A stretch of 45,891 bases of DNA, filler included, from Sphacelaria rigidula (Eukaryota): NCBI GenBank assembly GCA_964200075.2. It is 2 parts of 2 records of this genome, joined end to end, with 100 filler letters (N's around TTAATTAATTAA, not from the genome) between each part and the next. Parts side by side here need not be neighbours in the genome. Positions count along the whole stretch, not along the records: positions 1 to 22,905 come from CAXNAA020000301.1; 1 more part is not named here. One strand, 5' to 3'. The translations under genes and the position numbers were made by a program. Below are positions 1-13,600 of the stretch, in pieces. Position 1 is the stretch's first letter; every line of letters begins with the position of its first letter. The notes beneath the pieces were generated by a model. It made no database searches. It had not been told where the DNA came from and saw only the letters and a list, made by a program, of their open reading frames with translations.

Positions 1-977
1 GTCGCTGCATTTCTTTCTTAGCGCTCTGAGTATTTGGTTTCGCATAACGTCCTTCGTCCATCATGGGGGAGTGTAGTAGACTGTACGGAATAAAGGAGTT
101 TATGCGTCTCTGCACAACCTCCAAAACTTGTTTTACACTCGTGAATAACTGAAACAGTTGCCGAGAGATATGAACGTGTGCGTTACGTTGGTACCGAAAA
201 GGTTTTAGATCAAAATCTCTACTTGCAGTGACATTCGAGGGAACGTCCGTCGTGAAAGGAGTGGCTCGACCTCCACCCTGCCCCTCCACCATCGTAGGAC
301 CACTCGGCTGTTAATCAAGCGCTACTTTTATGCACTTGTGGCCATATAATATGACAGAAATCGTCTTCATCGTACTTGTTATATTCGCTTCATTCTGGAA
401 ACAATTTTCATATTTGCACGCTTAGAATTTGTGCAGGAAAATACACGGGGAGGCAGTAAGGGAGAGGTAAACTCTGCTGTACGAGCGACCGCGGAGACCT
501 CGGCCGTGCCTTAAGACGGATTCAGCAACGGTTCCGTGATAGTGGCTGGCGATGTGTTCATAATGTCATCGTTGTTTTTCGGACCATAATCACATTCACC
601 GACGTTACCGAAACCTTAGCACGCGTTGGACCATATGCATATTTCCAACTTCACGTTAAGATCTACCTTTGTCCAGATGTGGTATAAACCCGGACGTACC
701 AGTAGAGGGTTAACGTTACCGCCGTTGCTAATTCCGGCGTTGTAACTGCTGATCGTGGCGAATAGCTCCGGGACGAGGGCATGAGTGGGGTCAAGGGTGG
801 GCACTGATTTGATTTGAGAGGGAATGGGACCGGGGGAAAGATCGGCTGATTCCTTGAGATCAAGGACGGGTCCAGAGGAAGGGGGGTTGAAAGTATACGG
901 AAACAAAGGCATGGCAGAGTGCGTAGAAAGCAGTATCGTGGCATCGTGAAACCTAGAGGAAAACGCGGAATCTGCAG

Positions 978-1085
978 GAAAACGTGGAACCACAGAGCGG
1001 ACTCGGGTGTTCTGTTTGTCGCATTGTGAATGCCCTGGCAGTGGCTGTTGCTGCCCTCGAAAATTGGCCTCTGGTCCATGAGTAC
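978..1085 (+). CDS. Possible upstream exon of the VWA gene containing a CxxC half-zinc-finger
   Basis: After tctgcag the frame reads ENVEPQSGLGCSVCRIVNALAVAVAALENWPLVHEY, then tac|gtgaag (phase 0). CxxCxxxN is what precedes the VWA domain in Sec23/24-like proteins. The donor is weak and the boundaries are uncertain. Confidence 0.35.
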
Positions 1086-1483
1086 GTGAAGTCATAGAAT
1101 ATCGCCTCTTCCGCAGGTGACCTACGTTCGTGTTCGGCGTGCTTGGTTAATCTTTTTATTAAAAAATACGTATTTCGACGCGATCATACTCCATTTTCCT
1201 GTGGGTATTTTGGAGATATAAGTAAACGGAGAAGGGTGGAACGAACACGACCAAGGTACCGATGTTCGATTTTTTCAAAAGGCGACCGTGTTCGCAGTTT
1301 TTCCTTTACTCGTCGCTGTCTTTTGCAGAGATTAGTTTCTAGCCCACCACATGTACAAGAGGCTCCAACAACACGATAGCCGTTTGCATTTGCTGGATTA
1401 GGTAAATGCGATCCATGTGCTTGTCGTCGCCGCACTCCCCCCTTCCTTCCTTGGCCCTTTGCTTTTCATTCCCTACCACGAAG

Positions 1484-1606
1484 ACGAAGAAGGACGAGTC
1501 GGCAGTGCTTTTTGTAATAGACACGAGCGCCTCAATGAAAGAGAGATCATCCGCAGTGGAGGGACACGTGACCCTTCGTGGAGATCGCAACGTGGACTCT
1601 ACCCTG
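1484..1606 (+). CDS. VWA gene exon (TKKDESAVLFVIDTSASM...DSTL)
   Basis: Pyrimidine tract plus aag acceptor; ctg|gtgagg donor; contains MIDAS DTSAS. Confidence 0.85.
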
Positions 1607-4600
1607 GTGAGGGCAGTAGTCGCCGGGTTCACCTCCTTGGGGGTGAGAGGTTTCTTGTTTGATCCGGCGGTTGCCTCCGGGAACGGAAGGTTGTCATACA
1701 CTTAGTACGTGGCTGGCACTGAAATCGCTTTAAGAGCTGGTCCCCGGTCCCCCCGCGGGATCAAAACAGCACAGCATCACCAGTGTGGGCTGTTTTTCTC
1801 GTGGGGATCAACTTCCGACAGTAGAAAAGCTTGATCCCATGTTTCCATCGCCTGAAAACCACAGAGGAAGAGAGGGGGAAGAACAGATATGTTCCGTAGG
1901 AGTCGGCGGGTTCCGGGATTATTGGTTCGATGATTGATATACTTGGAGTTTGAGGTAAGGCCCCTACCCCTGAAACTATGGACTGGTCCCACGGATGGGG
2001 GGGGTATGGGGTCGGCAAGCAAGCACTCAACACCTGCCCCGAGGGAAGGGCGCGCGCTGTAGGCCTTCCTCACCGCCTGCACGGGCTGGTGCACTCGTTT
2101 GCTATGACACCGTACGCTGAATGACACCACGGAAAATAATATTTCCCCCTCAGGTTCCTGAAGAGGAATACAGTGGTACGGTCGATCTGCCCCCCCTTCT
2201 TTAGTTGTCTGAATTGTAGACGAGGGTTGTTCAGCCGCTCAATGTATTTTGTTCCTTTTCATCATATATGATGCATGGCCGTCAAAGTCTGTGTACATGT
2301 TTGCCTAGCCCGCCCTTGCCCTCCATGCATGACGGATATCCCGCGTAAACATGAAGTTCCATCGATAGCTGCCATCGGTTCCCTTCCCTTTTGTATAACG
2401 AAAATTTCATGGAAATATGGGCGGATTCAAGGACACAAAGTCCAAACAGCTGCGCACACACACATGCTTCACGAGGCTCCAGCAGGTGCAGGCCGTCGTC
2501 GACGCCCAGCTTGAGGTGGGTGAATTTGCGTCGGCTGCGCGTTCCGATCCGTTGCGGTGTTGTCCGTGCCCGCGAATGCCATATCCCAACCCGTGCCACC
2601 GCCGTATGTTGGTGACTTCCAGTGCCAGGAATCTGTAGCGGATAGTTGTGCGAGCTTTTGCCGGGTCATTGTTGGGGTACTGTATACAGTTGTGGATCAA
2701 GGTCAAGGGGGATTTGCCGGGGATGATTCACGGAGACTCTCGCATAGGCTTTGCTAAAGCGGACAGATCATGCTCAATTGAACGCTGAACAAAGCAAACA
2801 CGGCACACAACAGCGAAGAAAACAACTCCCGCCAGAAACGAAATTCAGCAGCTTCTGGAAACAAAGAGAGACAAAACAGACTTTTCAAATGGAAACCCGA
2901 CATGAGAAGCTCAACGAACCGCTTCCCAGCTCATTGAAAATACATAGCCGAAACCCCACAACATGCAGCAATAATATGGACGCACCGAGAAATCTAGTCG
3001 CCAAGATGCCCCCACCCCGGCTTCATCACAACCCACTCTTCCATTTGACATTCCACCCCCCGGGACTCCCCGTGAAGTCACCGGCAATAACGCAACACAC
3101 CCATAGCGCACTATCCAACCGAACGAACGAAACACCGTACCTTGCCTCCTCCCGCCGTGGTCATCTCCGCCGCCCGTAAACGCAGGAAATGGCCAAGTCC
3201 ACCCCACACAGACGTGCTGGAATCATGAGCTTCGACATGTCGCTGTCTCTCATAGGAGACGGCTTGTCGTTGTCTGCCAATACATACTCTCGCTCGGTGA
3301 GCGGCACAGATCTGTTCGACATGGCGGCCTTGCGGCAGGCAGGACGGCGCTGTCCGATTTCGAGGCCCGTCTCTGAGACGCGTGGGCGGCTGTCTGAATT
3401 GTTGTTTGATCTAATGGCTCGCGGGACCACGGCACTCGGTCCTGCTGTTGTTTCTGGTATCTCCATGTTGAAGGTACGTATGCGGTATATCATTTTAGTT
3501 TGTAGGAGTCTGGCTTGTTGTGCCGATTGACCGAGTGACTGATCGATTTTCGCTTACTTCCTGGTTCGGGAAAAGTCTAGTGTGTCTATGTTCCACCCTG
3601 GGTACATATATGTGTGACTACGGCTGGCTAATTTCGTGGTGGGTCAGTTGATACGCGACGATATTGCATCTACGATGTGAACAAGAACACGACCGGATAA
3701 AATCGTGGATGATGAGTTGATATACCGCCGTCAATTATTAAGGTCGTCAATCAAGGCCGCGAAACAGGTGATAAATTGAAACGCTTCGATCCATCCCAAC
3801 TCCGGGTGACGCCCCCTCCCGCTCAGCGCCCCCGACTTTTCCCCCCCCCGCCGCATACTTCCCGACCGTTGAACGTCGGCAGGGGAGCGGACGACCCGGG
3901 TCCCGCATGGTGTTGTGTACAGACGGGATGGCAAACAACGGAGTCGGAACGTTGAATGGTCTCAAGACCGACAAGGAAAGATCCGCCGCAGAGTCATTCT
4001 ACGAGAGCTTGGGCCACGAGGTCGGTGTTCTGGGAAACGATGTTGACTTCGTGTGTGGGGTCGCGGGGCTCTCGTGTTCCCTTTTCGCTGTCATCGAAAT
4101 GTTGGTAATTCCAAGAGGTTGGAACCAACGGGTTTCTAACTTGTTTTAACACTGGTTCAAAATTCTCCCTGGTTCACGTCCCAAGTCACCCGTTCGTAGG
4201 ATTGTTCTTGTTCCGTTTGCAGTTTGACCCAGTAAACGACACTCAAACTTCGATGTTGGACGGTCGGTCTTGAATATTCTCGTTCCATTTCCCAGTATTG
4301 GGCAGTTATTATGTCATTCTCGGTATCCGATGTTCGTATTATGCTGTCAACTCCCCGCCTCCCTTCCAATGAGCGAATAATCCACGGTTAGGACAAATAA
4401 TGATTTGTCAGGAAATTACTTGTGATGAATGAATCCCCATGACTCATTTCAGCGTTACAACCCAGGTACACGCAGCCCAGACACGTGGAATNNNNNNNNN
4501 NAAGAAATCGTGAATTTGGTGATTTTGAGTCGTGATGATTTGTCCTAACCGTGGAATAGTCTCAACAGACTATAACTCATCTGTCTACCCGTATGTACCT

Positions 4601-7600
4601 AACAACGTAGAAGCGAGTGCTTCATCAGGATTCCGCAGTCCGATTTCGATCGATAATTTTTGCCAATCATATCCTTACACTTTAAAGGACAGAAAACACA
4701 TCCTCTTAAAATCAATGACCATTTCTGGCAATTTCCGAACCACGATATCCGCACGTTCTGGCAGTTTGACCCCCGAGGAAGGGTGGAATGTTGGATGCTG
4801 AATACGAATATTTAATTTTCGACAATAGGGTATTAGCCGGAGAGTCGATAGCACAAGATGTCGCGCCATATTCGTTTGGGGCCCGGTCCGATATCCAAGC
4901 ATCAAGTGGTCATGACGGCGGGAGATATGTTCAGTGTACCACCACCCGGGTGCACACTCAACAACACGTGGCAAGGCCGTCAACATCACCGCCATGCGGC
5001 TTCCACGTGGACGTGCACTGCACCATGACAGCTGTCTACTGCGTGCCGTGAAGCAGGGCTTGCCTGACGTCATTCTCACTGGATCATCGCTGCCACTGCT
5101 GTCGAGTGTTGGTACTGTATTTGCTACTATTTGCTTATCTATTTATCACACTATCGCAATGCGGCGCACATTGCCGCAGGACAGCATATATCACCCGTAC
5201 GTGTAATGCCATCCCCAAAACAACACCCTGGGATGATACGTTTTCGGCTACATTCTGTACAGTAGTACTAGTGCCTATATTATGGTACCGGAGTACGTGG
5301 TACAGTCAACCTTGCTGAATACCCCGCCCACCCCGTGGTGAGGCACCCACGAGGCAGTGTATTACCCGTGGCTGCCTCAGGAAGTGGCGATACCAGATAA
5401 ATAAGCAACCTTATCGGAGGCTGTCATCCAAGTTCAAGATAATTAGTAGGCTTCGTGCCGAAAAATCTTAGCAGGATGCAGCTCATCCTTCATGCGACTC
5501 GCCGAACACACCACGGTGCTTCGCGCTTGGTGATTGAGTGCGAGCCTGGCCCTGCGAAAACCCGGCGTGCTCCGTCCCGCCCTTGTAGGGATGCGAGGTC
5601 AAAGGTCCGATGACTATGGCATGCATGATCATGAGTACACCACCCCCAGTCACAAGTAGTCACCAGGGGGGGGTGCATAACGCTGTTAGCATACGGTAGA
5701 ACTGGTCGTAAATACTCGACAACCGTCGTTAGGACTTGCTGCTGGTTTGGATATTATTTCCACATTCAAACAGACAAGCGTCGGCGCTCTCGATGCGAGC
5801 ACGCAATATATGGTACGCATTGTCTGTCGACAATAGCAAACAGATCAGCCAGGGAAGTGGATATCTTTCCGGGCGTTAAATAAATAGATTCAGGCAGGCA
5901 GTGGTGAGTGTGGCGGCCGTGGGCGTGTGGTATCCCGGGGTCTCTTTACAAGCGAAGAACTGAATTGGAGCATGGTATATATACGCACTACACACTTTGC
6001 GCTCTCGGATGGAATTACCTGCGGCGTAGCACGTATATTTGATGTTACCATTTTACAAATCATTGCCGTCTACTCCATCCTAAGCACTACTGTATATAGT
6101 AGCTTCCAGCTAAACCAGTCTTTTCTGTCATTTGTTTATACTTGGCGATCTGCAATAGTTTTTCGTGTGCCACCGCTGATACCAGTGACTGTTTGATCCC
6201 AAAATTCGAGGATCGGAAGATGCTGGGCATCTGCCCCACACGCCAAAACAAAAATTGTCTCTGTACGCAATCTTGAACAACTTACGGGCTGACGGGTCCC
6301 TCGGAGTCCTGCAACTACCCAGCCCCAGGGTCTGACTCTTGCGTATTTTTGCTCGATAATCCCGACCGTTCCCGTGAACGTACGTAAAGGATTTTGTTGA
6401 ATTTCTACTTATTCATTGCGCTAGACCGACACGCTGTGTTTGTCACACAAGTGACTGTAGATAACACCCCCTGATCCTTGCGTCCTTGCTCTGTATCATC
6501 CCGGCAACACCAGCTTGAGGATTGTGTCCTGAGTACCACCAGCTTCTCTTTCAAACATCTGTTGATGCTAGGATTGTCGAGTGCTACGGAGGAATACTAC
6601 AAGAGAAAACCAGAAAAATATCCCACAACGAAAACCGCCCAACCGAGCTCTATCAATTCACCGGTGGGGATTCATGAATCCCGGCATCTCACCTGAATAA
6701 ATTCACAGGCCCTTATTCAATGCGGTAAAGCCGAAAGTAACTCTTTTTTGGACCAACAATGGTCAATAACACCGACTGCCAATTCACCCCGAAATTGTTC
6801 AATATTGAGCGCAAAGAGGATTTTTGTTCCGAAACGTAGAGCGAATGCCTAGTACCTCTCGATCCCCAAACTTCGGAATCAAACGTTCACTAGGATGAGC
6901 AGTGGCACGCGACAAAGTATCGAACATCGCCCCCTACGAGGAAGTATTTCAATATCTCCTCATTCGGCTGGAAACTACCCTATAAGTGGTGACGCGCACA
7001 AGTCGTGTAGATGATACGTTAGCTGATCGTCCCGATTAGTTTCCCCGTCAACATGATCAAACGTCATTAAAAGTGCCCGAGTGAGGAATATCCGCGGAGG
7101 ATTTACCTCTTGCCTGTCGATACCCTAGCTCCCCTGGAATACTGAGTATTTTCAATGATCTCACCCTGGCAGTCGAAATACAATACCCGGTATTTCGGGA
7201 GACGAGAAATCGAGGTACCCTAGGATATTGATACCTTCCGGAATTCTGTCACCTTGTTACGCCGGAAACCGAATTTTATCGACGATAACCTGGGTGTCCT
7301 CACGGACTCGGAATCTTCGGACTTGATACCGTGCGTACGTATCATGGAATAGTGAGGACTCTCGAAAGGCGACATCCTGGGTGCGCGGAGCACTCAGTAC
7401 TCGCACTCAGTTCATACCCTCTCGTACTCAATTGTCCTGGGAGGTTTGCAGTATCGTCCAATCTCAATTCGATGTATCATGATAACTATCTTGGATATCC
7501 ATCTAGGATGTCAAACCTACCTGAGGCGTCCATATGATCATATCTCAGATTGACATCTATCTGGAATACGCGTATATATCATCGATTTCGATTTTCCCTC

Positions 7601-10600
7601 TAGTGTTACGGTACGTGCCTGTTCTGCGTTGTCTTTGGCCCGATGCTCCTTCTTCTTCCTTCTGTTCTTTCTTTGTGTTTCTATATCTTTTTCGTCTCCC
7701 TTTGTCTCCCTCTCTCCCCCCTCCTCCCCTCTCTTCTCGTTCCTTTCCTTTCGGGTTCACGCTTTTTGTTTTTTTCCTTCCTTGCCGAGTTAGTGCTTGT
7801 CGATGAAAATTCCAGCCGGAATAATGTGACCCTCGGGCAGAACGTCCTGAATGGATATTCTAGGTGGATCTATAATACCAAGCGAGTATTTCGGGGGGTG
7901 TGAAATGCCTTCTGGATACCCCAAGTGGATGTGAGCATCTCAGACGTTAAGATACCCCCGATGAGTATCTCTGTCGCCAGATGTATATCCCCGATGTATA
8001 TCCCAGATGGACAATTATAAGTCAGATGAATATCTCAGACGCGTATCACAGATGTATGCCGTAGATGGGTGTATTGAATGATGCCCCAAATGGATATTCA
8101 CATCCTACACATGGGAATCTCAGATAATGTTTGACCCAAATGCTATCTGAGATGGGTGTCTCAAATCGATATGTATTATCAAACGGGCATCTCAAAGGGA
8201 TAGACGTGTCCGAGATGATCGCTGGACAATGAAGTAGCATCGTGGTATTTTTGGTAGTACACCTCCTTCGTAGCCTCGAGTACTAAGTGTTTTTGGTAGC
8301 TCGGCGTACGCCCTGGAGTACCGAGTACGCCACATGCCGTGAAAGCACAGAGTACGCCGAGGAACGTACCCTACCCCAAACACATCAACGATTTATACTT
8401 GAACATAAGAACACCTGAAAACCGTTTGGCTAGCGTGGTACATGTCAACCTGGCCGCCAAGTTCAGGCGTTTCTCTTTTTTCGGGCATTTGTCGTCAAAT
8501 TTAAAGTATTCTGGGGTGTTCATACTCTGATAAGTATGGAATACCGGGTATTTTGCGGCATCTATACTCTCAGTACCCGGGAATGCAAAGTTCTTGCTAT
8601 CGTTGATACGCTCCCTTGATGTAGGCTACCACACCAAGGTATCGTGAGGGGCGAGTAGGCTAGGCTACTCATGGTACTCAGGGCTTTCGATTGTCAGTAC
8701 CATGGGTTCGCTGAAGTGGTGCCACGGTCGGGATGCACCTTTTTCGCCAAAGGTTGTCTGAGGTTGCACGCTTGGGGTCTAGATGCTCGCCATCGATATG
8801 CTCCTTATGTTAGAAGCCTGGGTTTGTTTTTTGCACTCCTACCGTGGCACTACCCATTGTTGAATCATGGCGGTCGGTGCCTTGGATGTCCGGGACACTC
8901 AGTGTGTTAACCCAATGTGTCGGGGACCATACCCGGTATTTCGGGGGGGGGGTGCTCAAGGTGTCCTGAGATATTCAGTATTTCCGGGCAGCCGTCACTC
9001 TGAGTACCCTGGAATGCCAAGTCTTTTGAACTCATCATATCCTGCATACCCTAGAGTAGTGGCTGCGTCGAATCACCCCGGGCTACGTACCACACCCAAA
9101 TCATCAATAACATATGTTGCTGGCTAGTTCGAGTAAAACAGCATCAGCACTCCGTTTAAAACAACAATATGCCATCCGTCCACTATTACTTTTATGGAGA
9201 AAACACTGTGCAGAAACAAAGTATCGAATATTCAGCCCGACCGCAGCGAGTTAGGAATGGACTCCTGGATTTGACTCACCCCGAACGGTTCACGAATAAA
9301 ACACACGTAAAAAACGACGTGATCACACTCTTCGGTCAGAGCTTTGCCCGCCTCTATATTGCAAATGTTGTTTTCTTCCTTTTACTAGGCGACAGCTGCA
9401 TTACTGCGCCATGATTTTTCTATGGCGACGCCACATATACTGCCACTTTCTGAATAGCGCAACACAAAGTCAAACAATGTGCGTTGTGCACAGCACTTTT
9501 GAGACCACGCCGTTCCAATATGTTTGTCAGCTTATTTCGCGCTTTATCGGGGGTTTCATTGCCTACGTTTCGTTCGGTATCATATGGGAAATTACTGGAA
9601 AGCAAGTACCGCTTTTTTGTATTTGTCGCAAGCGATGGCTATGGGCGTAGTAACTTTGCACCACCGGAACGTTTGACGTACTAAAACGCCGACGCAAAAC
9701 GCACCCTTTGCTGTCGGTTCGGTGCAATGCTGGCGGTCGAGTGGTTTCTGTTCAAACGGCGTGGTAAAATGGAAATTTGTATGGGGAACGAGGGTGTACT
9801 AAAGACGGACGTCAACCTCAGACAGGTTTTCATTTTTTTCATGTTCTTACTATTGACTCCTCACCGCCGTCAGGATGAGTTCGTGGTCTCAAGGGAACTA
9901 CCCATCTCTCCCTCGGCACTCGCATTGCATTTTGGTATCGCGGATAGGGTAATGACTAACACTTCCACACCGCTTCGGTTGTCTTGAAACAAACTCAGGC
10001 GAATAAACTCATATTTGCTACTCACGCCCTCACGCTTTCAATGACGCAAAAATCAAATCCCGTCAAGAAAACAGCCAAAGTAGACACATCTTCCGCGAAT
10101 CGAATCTCCGTTTTCCCCACCGTGATGTTGTCAGTTGTACCATTGCTAGGGGACCACCGGGCATGGACTGAAAGGTTTCCGTCGGCGCGAGAAACAACTG
10201 CGGTCGCAGAGCTGAGCGCAGACTCGGTATCGTACTTGATATTTGTGCAGGACCGTGTTTTCTTCTTCTTTCAAAATATGAATATTGTTCTCTCTCATTC
10301 CACGGGACGCATCCGTGATTTCCAGGGATCAATTCATCTCTTCTCCGGTACACGACTTGTGCTTTGACGTGGGGGATTGGATGGCTGTCACGTTCTCATG
10401 ATTACACCGATGGGAATCATTGACGTTTCAGGGAACACCAGAAGGCATCTGCCGGCATCGAACCCTCACGTTTCCGACCTATTCGTGTCACTTGTGTTAT
10501 TTCCCTATCGTTCGGGGCGAGAGGCACGCGGCAGTATTGCAATACATATAACTCAAGAGTTCAAAGTACTTGAGACAGGAGAGGGAGAGTTTGTACCTAC

Positions 10601-13600
10601 AACGTTTACGTTCGGGATGATTCTCAACCCTGAGACAGGCATTCAATGATTCGGTTACAGTGCATATGTGTCATTCGCGCTGAGAGATACAGAATGGACC
10701 AAATAACAATTTCCTTATCGGGGGACGGCCCGTCTCTGAACTGAGATGACTTGACTAGAAGCTTCTGATGTCGGAAAACCCCGCGAAGCACGGTAACGAG
10801 TATGTCGTTTCCGTACTCAATAATTACCGCTTAAAACCTAGCGTGCAGCGTATGCACGTGAATCAGATAGTAGAAGCATGCAGCATGCGTTGCAAATTCG
10901 AACCGTGAGCGTATTGGTCAAGCGTGAACTGAGTATCGCGCATTGCGCAGCATTTTCAGTCGATACTTCGTACCGTGACAGACGTGCAACGCTTCATGCC
11001 GTGTGTAGATCTAGTTGAAGCAGTGCCATGAACACCACAGAAGCCACGTGTTGCCCTCAACAAACGCTAGCGACCACAGCATGGGACTCCTCGTAGCTGT
11101 ATGTACCTATTTCTTTCACGCATTCGCCTGGATACGAGTGGGCGGAGTCCGTGTAAGCGTACGCATATGCAACGTGTGCCCTCTTGTTCTTTGTTCATAT
11201 TTACCATACATATAATTCGACTCCACTGTCAACGAGGGAAAGGGACCGCTGAGCCCCTCTCGCGATAAACGGTAAGCACTGCAGAAGGAAGGTGGAGTAC
11301 TGAAACAAAATGTAAAGTAGAGAACTCCTGTGTTGGCCTTTCTCCCGTGTGACCCCAGGTGATGCGCCCAAATATACCGGAAGGCGTAGATTGGCGTGCA
11401 GAATAGATGGGACGACAATACAACAACGCTGGCCGTGTATAACGGAGGGTCAACCTTCTATTGATCGTTCACCCAATCGTTTGATCGGCTTTTGAATATA
11501 GATTATACTTGGGAGAAACATAGATTATACTTGGGAGGACGCTATGGGTACCAAAACGTTTCTAAACGACGACGGAATCGTTGCGGTCGATTTTGGATAG
11601 ACGGCGGCGCGTGAAGTAGTCGTGGGTGCTGCCAGCTACATGCACACCCATGTCTACAAACAAACGCACACACTTGAAACATGCTCACCTTTCAGTTGGT
11701 AGTTTTTGGCGAGTCGACGTGATGTACCTGATCGACGCCTAAACACATTTTACCAGACGTTCAACTGAAGTGCGATTGAAAACATCGCCCTGAAAACGAA
11801 GACAAGGGACAAGTCACGCATCGTAAGTTCACATTGTTTTCCGCCCTTGCCTTGATGTTGGTCACTCCGCTTTCCAAATGCCCTCATCATTTCTTGTGCA
11901 GGCGGCAGCGAGTGGAATAGCCGTGGACGTCGTATCTGTGGACAGCGAATACTCTGATCTCGAAAACCTCGGTGCCATGGCAGCGGCGTCCGGGGGCACA
12001 GTGACCAAAGTCAAGGCTTCTGAGCTTGCGTCAAACTTTGCCGGGATCTTGGCCACCCCCATCCTTGCTTCTCAGGTGTGCACAGTCGAGATGCACATCG
12101 TTTGACGCCAGGTGACGGAGAATACCACCCTCGGATGATGGCGTTTGTCAACTTGAAATGCCTGCTAAAACAAGAGCACCACGACGCCGGAACATGTGTG
12201 CCTGCAATGATGCCGTGGTTATCGTTGGGTACGTAGGGGTATATTAGGAAGGTTTGCGCTGTCACTCTGTAGATAATCAATATTTAGGCCGTTTCCTCCA
12301 AGGATGGTGGGAGAGGGGGAGGGGGGGGAATTACACTGCGTCGCATAAGGTGATCCGCAGACTTACGGAATGTAATACTCACAACAATTTCGGTCGCGAA
12401 CTAGAAGGTTTCGTGCGTCAGTTGGTGTGGTATGGTGGGTTTCTCGGAGAGTCCTTGTAATTTTTCATTCCTGTACGAAAACACAATAAACCGTCCCCGT
12501 GTCGCTGCGAAAATACACTCATCACCAGCGGCCGGAGTTTCCTCATGAAACAAACGCAACGGTGTCAAGATATATCATTACCGTTGCTGAACGTGTGCAC
12601 CCTGCAATAGCTAGCGTATTGCTCTGAACGTGTGGTTTGAGTGACAAATATTTATGAAAGGGAGACGTGTTCGATGGTGAATTCCAGGATGGTGCGACTG
12701 TTGGGCAGCATGTACCCTGACTATAGTTCAAATGCAACTAAGTAACTGGTGGTTCGAGTTCAGTTGTTCGACGCATGAGTAGGATCCTTTCCGCGGTAGA
12801 ACTTCCAAAGGCATGCATGCGGCAGGTCGATTAGGGATACCTCTTGACCTTGCCCCTCTTTGACCCATCCCTGTCCTGCTTCTTTGTCCACGATTTGCGC
12901 ACACCATTGGTTTTCAAGGTGTCGGTGCGTGTCATTTTGCACAAGGGGCTGATGTTCCGCAATTCCGGCACGAAGGCCAAGTCGGGGAATACCCTCAACA
13001 AGATTGTGGGAAACGTAAGCGTTTTGGCGTATCTCGCAGTAATTTCGCATGAGTATGTGTATACTTCCTAGTTTGTGTGTCCATCTTCCAGCGAACAGAG
13101 CTTCTTCATAAGGGTTAAGCATTATTATTATGATCATATCTGAGCAGAGGTGGGTTGATCACTTTATACCGCGGATTCGTCCTAGAGAAAGAGAAGGGTT
13201 AGAACTGTACCAAAAAAAACATTGGTCGTCAAGGTTCTTACGGTGATGATATTTATATATATATAAATATATATATATACGGAAAGGCAAACGACCGCGT
13301 GTTGCGGTTGCATACCTACATCAGGATCATTTGCATGACAAACAGTGAAGGGCTAGCTCGAGAGACGATGACCACTAGCTCTCCTAGGGTAAAGGGGCGC
13401 ACGCAGGATTCGGAGAGGGTGGAAGCCTTGAGATAATTGATTATTTGAGGCACGGTTGTGATTCCCGCCGGTAATGGTTCTGTTTTGTAGTAGCCATGGC
13501 ACGCACAACAATAACGAGAGTATAAAGGAGCTCAATTATCCATGAAGCTATTGATTCATCAAAGAGCAATAGTAAAATCTCACTGTAAGGGAGCCATTCG

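Noticed and set aside
229..466. Further upstream exon candidates (229-293, 437-466) for the VWA gene
   Set aside because: Splice-like boundaries but no conserved motif to anchor them.
9984..10649. ORFs of 127 and 90 aa inside the large intron
   Set aside because: No recognisable motifs or splice support; possibly old TE debris but unsupported.
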